Below are positions 30,635 to 39,853 of a stretch of 64,000 nt of DNA, piece after piece. The stretch's first letter is position 1. Every line of letters begins with the position of its first letter. Below the pieces are notes generated by a model. That model did not search any database and was not told the origin of the DNA. It saw nothing but the letters and a program-made list of their open reading frames with translations. A program made the position numbers and the translations under genes. The stretch is from an uncultured Chitinophaga sp. (GTDB lineage Bacteria > Bacteroidota > Bacteroidia > Chitinophagales > Chitinophagaceae): positions 20,255 through 84,254 of the forward strand of contig CAZLLT010000007.1 in assembly GCA_964560445.1 (NCBI GenBank). Reading direction: 5' to 3'.

Positions 30635-31864
30635 TCAACCGCGGCGGCGCAAAATCTCTTTTTTAATCAACCCGAGTTCCCTCCCGGTTTGCCCTTTTAC
30701 CGAAGTATTTTCCTGCGCCCTACGCATCAGGTAAGGAATGACATCCCTGATAGGCCCGAAGGGAAGGTATTTACTTACACTGCAGCCTGCATTGGCCAGG
30801 TTGAATGTGATATTATCACTCATGCCGTACAACTGGCTCCAGTGTATATGCGGATGGCTGAATGAATACCCTTTTTGCTGAAGCAATTCTGTCGCCAGCA
30901 AATTACTGTATTCATTATGCGAAGCAACGATCAATGCAATGCGGTCAAGATGCGCTATGCAAAAGGCAACGCTTTCGTTGTAATCTTTATCCGTACTTTC
31001 TTTATCAGGCTGTATAGGCGATGGATAGCCTTTTTCCTGCGCCCTTTTTCTTTCTTTCTCCATATAAGCGCCCCGTACCAGCTTAGCCCCTAATACAAAA
31101 TCTCTTTCCCTGGCTGCCTCATAAGAATCTTTTAAAAACTGCAACCTGTCGTGCCGGTAAAGCTGAATGGTATTGTACACCACGCAGCGGCTTTTATTGA
31201 AGGTATCCATCATCAGGATGGTAAGGGCATCCACAGGGTCCTGTATCCAGGTTTCTTCCGCATCCACCAGCATACCGACATTTTGTTCGGCCGCCGCTTC
31301 GCATATACGCATCATGCGGTAACGTACACGGTGCCATTCTTCCTTTTCATTATGAGAAAGGTCGTCAATGGCTTTCAGGTATTTTTTCATCAGCGTGCCG
31401 GGGTTGGCATGCATCATTGTATCCAGTTTCTCAAGTAAGGAAAATCTTGCAAAGCCTGTAACCTTAATACTCATGAAAGGAATATTAGGTTGCGTAGAAG
31501 CATAATCAATTACCCGGATAAACTCATAGGTTGAATGTTCAAAGCCCTGCTCGCCATCATCCCCTCCTTCTACCCCATAATCCAATATCACTTTTACGTT
31601 ATACTCTCCCAGTTTGCTTGCCGCTGCCGCTGTTTCTTCCAGTGTTTCCCCACCTACAAACTGCGAAAAAATGGTATTTCGGATAATGCCGTTTATGGGC
31701 AGTCCGGCTTTAATGGCCCAGGGGGTTAAACGGGTACCCAGTTTTACCAGCCAACCCTTTCCCATAGAAGAAAAAAGGAATTTTGCTTTCTTTAGTTCTT
31801 TATCAGATTTGTATTGAAAAGCCAGTTCTGTATTATCGAAGGAGATAGGAGCATTTGTAGCCAT
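30635..31864 (-). CDS. Proline dehydrogenase (monofunctional)
   Basis: FSQFVGGET, VDAEETWIQ, KLVRGAYMEKER, QLYGMSD and YLMRRAQEN. Confidence 0.93.
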   Translation of the reverse strand: MATNAPISFDNTELAFQYKSDKELKKAKFLFSSMGKGWLVKLGTRLTPWAIKAGLPINGIIRNTIFSQFVGGETLEETAAAASKLGEYNVKVILDYGVEGGDDGEQGFEHSTYEFIRVIDYASTQPNIPFMSIKVTGFARFSLLEKLDTMMHANPGTLMKKYLKAIDDLSHNEKEEWHRVRYRMMRICEAAAEQNVGMLVDAEETWIQDPVDALTILMMDTFNKSRCVVYNTIQLYRHDRLQFLKDSYEAARERDFVLGAKLVRGAYMEKERKRAQEKGYPSPIQPDKESTDKDYNESVAFCIAHLDRIALIVASHNEYSNLLATELLQQKGYSFSHPHIHWSQLYGMSDNITFNLANAGCSVSKYLPFGPIRDVIPYLMRRAQENTSVKGQTGRELGLIKKEILRRRG

Positions 31865-32082
31865 AAAACTGAATTACAAAATATGAAAGCGAAGATAAAT
31901 AAACCGGGTTGCTTTCTGCCTAATCTTTGTCAATATCCCACAAAGGCGCCAGGAACAAAAAGCCTGCGCTATTATATGAATTTTCTCCGTGGCCTTTATC
32001 CCTTTGTGGGAAACTTTCAGGCAGAACAATTATTGATTTATTCATTGAAAGGCCCCTAAACGTATCTTCGCCAAAAAACAAT

Positions 32083-32598
32083 ATGGAGGCAAAAAAAGCC
32101 GCTGATAGTTTGACCATAATGACGGAACTGGTGCTGCCCAACGATACCAATGTATTCGGCAACCTGATGGGCGGCCGCCTGATGTACTGGATGGATATAG
32201 CTGCCGCCCTTTCGGCGCATAAACACTGTAATGCCCCTGTAGTTACTGCCTCGGTTGACAATATTTCTTTTGAAAATCCCATTAAATTAGGCAATGTGGT
32301 GCATATCCGGGCCAAAGTGTCCCGTGCTTTTAATACTTCTATGGAAGTGCATCTGCAAGTGTGGGGCGAAGACCTGACACAGCAGTACAAATACAAAAGC
32401 AACGAAGCCTACTACACTTTTGTAGCCCTTGACCCCAACCGCAACCCACGGACCGTGCCGCAACTAAGCGTTGAAACAGATGAAGAGAAAAAATTATTTG
32501 ACGGCGCCCTCCGCCGCAGACAGTTAAGGTTAGTATTGGGTGGCAAACTGAAACCGGACGATGCTACTGAGTTAAAGGCGTTGTTTTTCAAAGAATAA
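32083..32598 (+). CDS. Acyl-CoA thioesterase (hotdog fold)
   Basis: ELVLPNDTNVFGNLMGG..MYWMD and VVTASVDNISF; ATG 32083 preceded by a TATCTTCG -7-like box. Confidence 0.9.
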   Translation: MEAKKAADSLTIMTELVLPNDTNVFGNLMGGRLMYWMDIAAALSAHKHCNAPVVTASVDNISFENPIKLGNVVHIRAKVSRAFNTSMEVHLQVWGEDLTQQYKYKSNEAYYTFVALDPNRNPRTVPQLSVETDEEKKLFDGALRRRQLRLVLGGKLKPDDATELKALFFKE

Positions 32599-32602
32599 TT
32601 AC

Positions 32603-33376
32603 TCAGGCTTCAGCCTTTGCAATTGATTTATGATGCTTTCCCTTCATCATATACTCCTTGCTTTGCTCAATAGCGTCCATGATTTGTGCAGTGATCGCCT
32701 CTACAGGAGTATCAAAGTCAATATCGATCGGCTTTTTAAACCGTACTGTAAGCAGGCTGCCCTTTTTCTTGAACCGCAGCCCTTTTTTATTAAAAGCCCT
32801 CCAGAACCCGTTAATGACAACCGGCACTACTATAGGTCTTGTTTGCTTAATAATAAGCGCTGTGCCTTTTCTGCCGGGGGCAAAGGGCTTGGTGGTTCCC
32901 TGCGGGAAAGTGATGACCCAGTTTTTTTCCAATGCCCGTACAATCTTTCTTGTATCTGAAGGGTCAAGCCCTTTTCTTTTAACGGTGCTGTCGGCATTCC
33001 ATACTCTTCTTACGGTAAGCCCTCCGGCCAGTAAAAATAACCGGCTGATCCAGCTTCCTTTCATTGTTTCCTCGGCAGCCACATAGTTAACCCGTGTAAA
33101 AGGATTAAGCAAATAATAAGGGATACCCAACTTGTCTTTTTTGCCCCATTTCACAGCGCAAAAGATGTGCAGGAAAGTAATAACGTCTGCAAAATAAGTC
33201 TGGTGGTTACTTACAAATAACACCCTGTTTGGGGGCAGTTTTTCCAGGTGTTCTGTTCCTGTTATTTTCAGCTTGTTGATGATGGCAAGCCCCGGATAAG
33301 AAAACAACCCTACAAAAAAGTAAACAATTTTTCGTACCGGGTTAAAGGTCCTGATCCGTTCAAAGAAAGAAGCCAT
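32603..33376 (-). CDS. 1-acyl-sn-glycerol-3-phosphate acyltransferase family protein
   Basis: VSNHQTYFAD (HX4D) and ITFPQGTT. Confidence 0.9.
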   Translation of the reverse strand: MASFFERIRTFNPVRKIVYFFVGLFSYPGLAIINKLKITGTEHLEKLPPNRVLFVSNHQTYFADVITFLHIFCAVKWGKKDKLGIPYYLLNPFTRVNYVAAEETMKGSWISRLFLLAGGLTVRRVWNADSTVKRKGLDPSDTRKIVRALEKNWVITFPQGTTKPFAPGRKGTALIIKQTRPIVVPVVINGFWRAFNKKGLRFKKKGSLLTVRFKKPIDIDFDTPVEAITAQIMDAIEQSKEYMMKGKHHKSIAKAEA

Positions 33377-33495
33377 TCAATCGTTTTTGAGGAAACTGAT
33401 AATTGAAATTAGCAAAAATGACAAGAAAAGCCGATTAATATTTTGAGAACAGGATTGCCGGGAGTTGGCTGAAGTATTTTTAAAAATACATTCGT

Positions 33496-34091
33496 TTATT
33501 CTGTCAGCTTCACCTCTTCGTATATTTCAGCAATGGATAATGATTCATTAATGGCTTTGATATGAAGCTGCCCTTCTGCTGATTTGTATTCTTCCAGTTC
33601 CCAATGGTTGGTTTCATTCAGGCGAAACGTTTCAATATGTATGCTCCCTGAATCAACCAATATGTATTCTTTCAGTGTTGGAATATCCCTGTAAAGCATG
33701 AATTTTTCGCCCCTGTCATCGTTTTTGGTAGATGGCGAGAGCACTTCGATGATCACTGTTGGGTTTAATACGTTCCATTCATCATTATTCAGTGTTTTCA
33801 CTTTGCCGCAAACAATGGAAATATCCGGGTAAGTAAAAAGCGTATTTTCTTCAATGTGTATGCGCCGGTCGCTGCCATAAGGCCGGCATTTTTGACCTTT
33901 GAGTTTCATAGCTAAAGCAACAAGCAAATTTCTTGCGATTGTATTATGCGGCAATTTAGCGCCGGACATGGCAAATACCTCCCCCTGTAATACTCATGCT
34001 TTTCAACCGCAGCATTCTCCATTTCCAGGTATTCTTCTATGGTAAACTTTCGCTTACCATAGGCGACAGCAGGTTCCCTTACTTCTTCCAT
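33496..34091 (-). pseudogene. Uma2 family endonuclease with a -1 frameshift in a G5 run (or a sequencing error)
   Basis: ATG 34091, 4 nt after a TATATTTG box, gives MEEVREPAVAYGKRKFTIEEYL...KHEYY. G6 instead of G5 at 33981-33985 would restore RGEVFAMSG into the listed ORF ([17 protein letters not shown]). Confidence 0.75.
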
Positions 34092-34214
34092 ACTTCAAAT
34101 ATAAAAAATTATGCCTGTCTAAAAAGAACAGTAGCGTCCGGATTCGGGTGATACACTATTGAAGTACGGCGATTCATTCCGTTTTACTTTTTTATGCTAT
34201 ATTTGCCGCCCATT

Positions 34215-34288
34215 GGCCCCGTAGCTCAACTGAATAGAGCATCTGACTACGGATCAGAAGGTTTCAGGTTTGAATCCTGACGGGGTCA
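34215..34288 (+). tRNA. tRNA-Arg(ACG)
   Basis: Acceptor stem GGCCCCG/CGGGGTC, D-arm TAGCTCAACTGAATAGAGC, anticodon arm tctga-CT ACG GA-tcaga, T-loop; TATATTTG promoter at 34198-34205; CCA not encoded. Confidence 0.96.
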
Positions 34289-34300
34289 CGAAGCAACAAG

Positions 34301-34343
34301 AAACGGTCTTGTAAACGAATAGTTTATGAGGCCGTTTTTATTT
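34301..34343 (+). terminator. Hairpin terminator after the tRNA
   Basis: aaacggtcttgtaaac-gaata-gtttatgaggccgttt followed by a T-rich tract. Confidence 0.6.
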
Positions 34344-34389
34344 GGGGGGAGCAAAAGTCAACTATTCCTATTCCCATGCTGTTGGGCAT

Positions 34390-34545
34390 AAAAAAACCGC
34401 CTGCAAAGGCGGCCCGCTTATTCAAAGCCCGATACGTGGAGACACAGCACCAAAGTTGCCTCACTTCGGACATGAACCACAGCAGTAGGGTTTATATATG
34501 AAGGGCCGGAGGTGGTAAAAGGATCTGCAGGGAACTGGCACAACC
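34390..34545 (-). ncRNA. Candidate structured non-coding RNA ending in an intrinsic terminator
   Basis: On the minus strand there is a nested rod GUUCA/UGAAU, GUCCGA/UCGGGC, GUG.AGGCA/UGUCU.C.CAC, then CCGCC-UUUGCA-GGCGG-U7. No convincing ORF. Confidence 0.5.
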
Positions 34546-34566
34546 ATCAAATAACGAAGAACATTA

Positions 34567-34602
34567 AAAGAGGCTGCCCCAATTTTGGAAACAGCCCCTC
34601 TC
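34567..34602 (-). terminator. Hairpin after the T9SS gene (AGAGGCTGCCCC repeat family)
   Basis: aaagaggctgccccaattttggaaacagcccctct; the first 14 nt are identical to 51596-51609. Confidence 0.55.
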
Positions 34603-34618
34603 TGACTCTGTGAAACAA

Positions 34619-37600
34619 CTATTGCTTAATAAAGGACACGGTTTCTATTGTTCCGTCTTTCATTATTAATTGCAGGAAGTAGATGCCGCCCGGCAAAGCC
34701 GATACATCATACTGCATATCCTGCCTTACATTCAACCCTCTTACTACCCTTCCCTGTGTGTTGATGATTTGCAATAAAGAAATATCGGATGCCTTTACAT
34801 TCTTTAAACCGATGCTATTGGTTGCCGGGTTGGGCATTAGCCTTATGCTACTGGCACAATTTGTCGTTAGTCTGGCAATGGCAGAATAAGATATACGGCC
34901 ATCCATATCTACCATTTTCAGGCGGTAGAAACTTGCTCTTCCGGGTGCAAGACCCAATGTGGCGGTATAGGTATTTTCGCCATTCCTGTTTGTGGCAGGA
35001 TGCTGTTTTACAGTCATAAAGTTTACACCATCTGTACTGTATTCGATTTCAAAATGCGATACGCCGGTTTCGTCTGTTGTTTTCCATTGTATGAATGCCC
35101 GGCAGTTCTTTTCGCTTACAGTAAAGTCAATAAGAGTAAGGGGCAGCACAATTCCATCACAAACTTCTATCACAGCCGTTTCATTTATACAATTACCTGT
35201 ATTTCCTGAAATGGTACGGGTGCCTGTACCTTCTAAGTAAGCACATACACTTTCCACAGCGCAGGCACTAAGAGCGGCGTTGCCCAGGATGATGAGGTCT
35301 GTAATGCTGGCAGGGTCTATATTGGCAACACCGGTTATGGAACTGAGGGCGGCATTATTCTCAATACGCAATGTGCCGCCAATGGTTTGCACACCGGCCA
35401 ACCCGTCTATGCTTTGCAGTACGAGGTTTTCCTGTATGCGTAAAAAACGGTTTACCTCTTCCAGCACAGCGAAACCATCCAGAGCCGCCAGTTTATCATT
35501 ATTCAGGATAACAAAATCATTTACACTCTCCAGGTTAGTGAACCCTTCGATGGTTAACAGTTCCGGGTTATTGGCAATTACAAACTGGGTGGCTCCTCCG
35601 TCAGTGTTGGCCTGTTGCAGGGCCGTAAACCCATTTATACTTTCTAACAGGTTATTGTTATAGATAAGTACTGAATTAGCTATAGTGAGCAAGGCCGTAA
35701 AGCCATCAATGCTTTGCAGCGCAGCATTTTGGAAAATTGCAAAATACCCGTTAGCGGTTTCCAAAACCGGGAAGCCGTCAATGCTTTGCAACTGGCCATT
35801 ATTAGTAATTTGCAAAGGTCCGTTAATGGTTTCCAGTCCCGGGAAGCCGTCAATATTTTGCAACTGGCCGTTAGTATGAATTTGAAAATCCGTACCTACG
35901 GTTTGCAGCACAGGGAAACCATCAATGTTTTGCAACACATTATTTTGGGAAATGAGAAAATGCCCGCCAATGGTTTCCAGCCCCGGGAAGCCGTCAATGT
36001 TTTGCAACTGGCCGTTAGTATGAATTTGAAAATCCACACCTACGGTTTTCAGCACAGGGAAGCCGTCAATGTTTTGCAGTGCACTACTATTGCCAATGAT
36101 AAAGTCCCGGCCTACGGTTTCTAACTTGGCAAACCCATCAATGCTTTGCAGGGTATTATTGAAACCCAAACTTACATCCAGGCCAACGCTTACCAATTCG
36201 GGCAGGCTGATGGTTTGCAATGCAGCATTGTTGGCTACATACAGGTAGCCAACAATGCTTGTGAGTGCAGGCAAACCGGCATTTTCCAATATGGTATTGT
36301 TGTTGATGGTTACATTTCCGCCAACAGTTGTGATACCTGCCAGTCCTGTAAGGTTGGTAATGTTCGCACCACTAATGGTAAGGTTGCCCGATAAATTGAT
36401 GCAATTGGGATGTGCATTTATAAAGTCATCTATCTGCAACTGTGTGTTAAAAGTGAGATTGCCTGCTATGTCTTCGCAGGGTGGCGGTGCATCACAAGCA
36501 TCCTGCACAGCCGCTTCATCCACACAATTTCCTGTATTGCCTGAGATAGTTCGGGGGCCTGTGCCATCTAAGTAAGCACATACAGTTTCAATAGCGCAGG
36601 CGCTGAGTGCGGCGTTGTCTTGAATGATGAGGTCTGTAATGCCAGCAGGGTTAATATTGGCAATGCCGGCTATGGAACTGAGCAGTAAATTGTCAGTAAT
36701 AGTAATGCTTCCGCCAATCGTTTCCAATGCCGGAAAATCACCTATAGCTTCCAGCGCATCATTATTATTGATCCTGATATAGCCCGCAACACTTTGCAAG
36801 GAAGTGAAACCTTCAATGCCGGTTAGGGAAGGACTTCTTTCAACTATGAAATTCAGGCCAACGGTTTCAAGTGATGAAAAGCCATTGATGCTTTCCTGTG
36901 CCGTGTTATCCCGGATTATAAAGCTGCCTCCAACGGTTTGCAGGGCATTGAACCCGTCAATGCTTTGCAGCGTTGGATTGATGTCAATACTTACCACGCC
37001 GGTTATACTTTGCAGCACGGGAAATCCGTCAATATCCAACAACCCGGCATTGTTCCGGATAACTAAAGCACCCCCGATGGTATGCAATTCCGGAAAGCCG
37101 CTAATGCCTGTAAGTCCGTTATTTGATAACGTTAATTGTCCACCAACAGTTTCCAATTCAGGTGCATCAATAGTTTCCAAAACAAGGTTATTAGATATAG
37201 TTAAAAATGTACCCACACTTACCAGTGCCGGAAGACCCGGGCCTGTTAAGGCAGCGGCATCATTGATGACTAAGCTTGTACCAACAGTTTCCAACTGCGG
37301 TAAATCAATAGTTTCCAAAACAGGGTTTTCATATATATTTAAAAAGGTAGTGGTGTTTACCAGTTCCGGCAAGCTCACACTTGTTAACGATGTGTTTTGT
37401 GTGATAACTATACTTGTACTCGTAGTTATCAACTGAGGTAAAGCAATTGTTTGCAAAGCCGGATTATTATGTGCATTTAACTGTGCACCTGTACTTACCA
37501 GTGCAGGCAGGCTGGCATGTTCCAATATTGTATTGTTGTTAATGGTTACAGTTCCGCTAACCGTTGTTATCCCCGCCAGCCCGTCAAGGTTGGTGATGTT

Positions 37601-38578
37601 TGCACCACTGATGATGAGGTTGCCGGATAAATTGATACAATTAGGATGCGTATTTATAAAGTCATCTATCTGCGCCTGTGTGTTAAAAGTAAGATTGCCT
37701 GCTATGTCTTCGCAGGGTGCCGGGCCGCCGTCGTCTATGGTAAACTCCACGCTGTTGGTAATGCTCCAATTACCTTCTTCACTTAATGTACGCAGGTGCA
37801 GTGTATGCACACCATCGTCATAAGACGAGAGGTCAATATTTAATTCAATACCGGCAATGTCAATTGCATCAGTTACAGGTATAGCCGTACCGAGGCCAAA
37901 ACCGGGGTCGGTATCAATGAAATACTCAGCAGCCACTACATCACCTGCTGCTGCAGGGGCTTCGCTATAAGCAGGGTCGCTGTCTATGGTAAACTGAATG
38001 CTGTTGGTAATGCTCCAGTTACCTTCTGCACTGAGTGTACGCAGGTAAAGCCTGTGTATGCCTACAGGCAGGCCTGTGGCAGATGCGCTTAGTGGTATAT
38101 CTGTAATGTCAATCGCATCAGTTACCGGTATAGCCGTAGCGAGGCCAAAGCCGGGGTCGGTATCAATAAAATATTCGGCAGCCACCACATTGCCCGCTGC
38201 TGCGGGGGCAATGGTATAAGCAGGGTCGCCGTCTATAATAAACTTGCGGCTGTTGCTAATACTCCAAAATCCCTCAGCACTTTGGGTACGCAGGTAAAGT
38301 GTATGCACACCAACAGGCAATCCCGTAGTGGGAATATCTATTTCAATACCGGCAATATCAACACCGGTATTTATAGTTATAGCCGTGCCGAGGCCAAAGC
38401 CCGGGTCTGTGTTAATAAAATATTCGGCAGCCACCACATTGCCTGCCGCTGCGGGGGCTGGCGTGTATGACGGGTCTTCCTGCCCACGGACAAGCAGGAT
38501 GCTGCAAGCGAAGCTTATGATGAGTAGTAGCTTTTTCAAACCTGTATTTTTTGAGTGATGAGTTTTTTCATTAACCAT
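34619..38578 (-). CDS. T9SS type A-sorted protein: 3x AEYFxxTDPG Ig-like domains, 2 receptor-L-domain-like LRR solenoids, CTD
   Basis: Signal peptide; three 83-aa repeats (249-nt period); 22-24-aa repeats (L..I.G.L.I.NN..L..I.GF..L); VLPLTLIDF and LMPNPA...GGIYFLQL...SFIKQ CTD. Confidence 0.88.
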   Translation of the reverse strand: MVNEKTHHSKNTGLKKLLLIISFACSILLVRGQEDPSYTPAPAAAGNVVAAEYFINTDPGFGLGTAITINTGVDIAGIEIDIPTTGLPVGVHTLYLRTQSAEGFWSISNSRKFIIDGDPAYTIAPAAAGNVVAAEYFIDTDPGFGLATAIPVTDAIDITDIPLSASATGLPVGIHRLYLRTLSAEGNWSITNSIQFTIDSDPAYSEAPAAAGDVVAAEYFIDTDPGFGLGTAIPVTDAIDIAGIELNIDLSSYDDGVHTLHLRTLSEEGNWSITNSVEFTIDDGGPAPCEDIAGNLTFNTQAQIDDFINTHPNCINLSGNLIISGANITNLDGLAGITTVSGTVTINNNTILEHASLPALVSTGAQLNAHNNPALQTIALPQLITTSTSIVITQNTSLTSVSLPELVNTTTFLNIYENPVLETIDLPQLETVGTSLVINDAAALTGPGLPALVSVGTFLTISNNLVLETIDAPELETVGGQLTLSNNGLTGISGFPELHTIGGALVIRNNAGLLDIDGFPVLQSITGVVSIDINPTLQSIDGFNALQTVGGSFIIRDNTAQESINGFSSLETVGLNFIVERSPSLTGIEGFTSLQSVAGYIRINNNDALEAIGDFPALETIGGSITITDNLLLSSIAGIANINPAGITDLIIQDNAALSACAIETVCAYLDGTGPRTISGNTGNCVDEAAVQDACDAPPPCEDIAGNLTFNTQLQIDDFINAHPNCINLSGNLTISGANITNLTGLAGITTVGGNVTINNNTILENAGLPALTSIVGYLYVANNAALQTISLPELVSVGLDVSLGFNNTLQSIDGFAKLETVGRDFIIGNSSALQNIDGFPVLKTVGVDFQIHTNGQLQNIDGFPGLETIGGHFLISQNNVLQNIDGFPVLQTVGTDFQIHTNGQLQNIDGFPGLETINGPLQITNNGQLQSIDGFPVLETANGYFAIFQNAALQSIDGFTALLTIANSVLIYNNNLLESINGFTALQQANTDGGATQFVIANNPELLTIEGFTNLESVNDFVILNNDKLAALDGFAVLEEVNRFLRIQENLVLQSIDGLAGVQTIGGTLRIENNAALSSITGVANIDPASITDLIILGNAALSACAVESVCAYLEGTGTRTISGNTGNCINETAVIEVCDGIVLPLTLIDFTVSEKNCRAFIQWKTTDETGVSHFEIEYSTDGVNFMTVKQHPATNRNGENTYTATLGLAPGRASFYRLKMVDMDGRISYSAIARLTTNCASSIRLMPNPATNSIGLKNVKASDISLLQIINTQGRVVRGLNVRQDMQYDVSALPGGIYFLQLIMKDGTIETVSFIKQ

Positions 38579-38612
38579 TCCCTATTTTCCATTCCCTGTT
38601 CTCCTATATATA

Positions 38613-39698
38613 TCAATTATTGTTTCTTGTACTGAACGTACCCTGCAATTGCCCACCCGGCTGTACAGTAGTGGCATTGAGGTTTAGTTGGTAGATGGCA
38701 GGCACAGGCGGTATGCCCGACAGTTTATAAGGATTGGGGCCGCCATAAGCGCCGCAATCGGGTGTGATGCCACCCACAGTAACACCAGCGCCGATGGCAG
38801 GGGAACCGGAACGCAGCATCAAGCGGCTGTCAATACTGCCTGTTTCACTGATATAGCTATCTACAAATACCGTAGCCATATTCACACTTACCTGGTTATT
38901 CACCTCGCCGGCAGGCAGGGTTTGGTTTCCCTGGAAAAAATTGTGTTTTACAATACAATCGGTGAAGGTTTGCGGCTGCGGATTAGCATTGCTGGAAGCA
39001 AAAATGTTGTTGGCAACATAGCAATTTACAAATACGCTTCCCTGATGACTGGCAGGTGTATGAAACACATTGTTGCGGATGATCTTTACATCACCTTCCG
39101 TAACGGGTATATTTATTGACCTACCTACGGCGGCAAAAATATTGTTCTCTATCAGGACGTTGGTGGGTGCAAGATTATTATTCACTGTTATTCCAATGGA
39201 GGTTGACAAAAAAGAGCATTTTCGGATTGTAACGTTGTTGCTGTTCCCGCTATTAAAGGCAATTCCCATATTACCGGGATAAGCAAATTGGCAGCGTTCT
39301 ATTAAAACATCAGAAGCACCGTCATTTAGATAAAGACTCCCCCCAGCAAAATTTAACCCTAAAAGCTTGCTACCATTTGCGCCGGGATACAGGACAATAT
39401 TTTGGATTACAGGTGCTGTAGTATTGGCTTGCAGGCCTGCATTTTCTGCCAGGTAATAACCTGTGCCAATTAGAACAAGCTGTTTTGTAACATTACCAAC
39501 AGGATAGGCCGTAGCGCTTGGCTCAAAATGAATGGTATCGCCATTGACGGCGTTGCCATGAGCGGAAGCAAAGGTAGTATAGAGCAGGCCCGGTATTTGT
39601 GTGATGCCGGGGTTATTGTTTACCCTTATGATTTTGGCGTTTGTAATTTGGCATGCTACTATTAAGAATAGACCTGCAAAGAAGATTTTTTTGTTCAT
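38613..39698 (-). CDS. Secreted right-handed beta-helix (pectin-lyase-fold/NosD-like) protein
   Basis: ATG 39698 MNKKIFF signal peptide; KIIRVNNNPG, GDTIHFEPS, LVLIGTGYYL, NVLIENNIF, LRSGSPAIGAG and DCGAYGG. Confidence 0.8.
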   Translation of the reverse strand: MNKKIFFAGLFLIVACQITNAKIIRVNNNPGITQIPGLLYTTFASAHGNAVNGDTIHFEPSATAYPVGNVTKQLVLIGTGYYLAENAGLQANTTAPVIQNIVLYPGANGSKLLGLNFAGGSLYLNDGASDVLIERCQFAYPGNMGIAFNSGNSNNVTIRKCSFLSTSIGITVNNNLAPTNVLIENNIFAAVGRSINIPVTEGDVKIIRNNVFHTPASHQGSVFVNCYVANNIFASSNANPQPQTFTDCIVKHNFFQGNQTLPAGEVNNQVSVNMATVFVDSYISETGSIDSRLMLRSGSPAIGAGVTVGGITPDCGAYGGPNPYKLSGIPPVPAIYQLNLNATTVQPGGQLQGTFSTRNNN

Positions 39699-39719
39699 GG
39701 TTGTATGTTTTTGGCTGCA

Positions 39720-39829
39720 CAAACATAAAAAATCATGCACCCTGCACCTATACGCTAAATCAGGCAATTATGACCGAAAAAAATACTTAAATTCAGGTAG
39801 TTCTTTTTTAGCACCCGTATATAACTTTG
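39720..39829. promoter_or_regulatory. Divergent promoters with two 7-2-7 boxes
   Basis: Minus -7 box TATGTTTG (39720-39727); boxes at 39751-39766 and 39784-39799 (33 bp apart, both ending TCAGG(C/T)A); plus -7 box TAACTTTG (39822-39829). Confidence 0.65.
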
Positions 39830-39853
39830 CTGGTTGGTAAAAAACGGCAGCAC

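Noticed and set aside
31927-32082. N-terminal extensions given by the ORF track (also 305, 1631, 9672, 16691, 39767, 59593)
   Set aside because: Downstream ATGs fit family N-termini, signal peptides or nearby -7 boxes better.
34390-34545. Identity as 6S RNA, SRP RNA or a known riboswitch
   Set aside because: It is rod-like, but lacks the zapA-type context expected for 6S and the SRP GGAA tetraloop motif, and no gene lies downstream for cis regulation. Kept only as an unnamed candidate.
35690-36180. CRISPR-like regularly spaced repeats
   Set aside because: The 72-nt period is in-frame coding for 24-aa solenoid rungs; there are no unique spacers and no cas genes.
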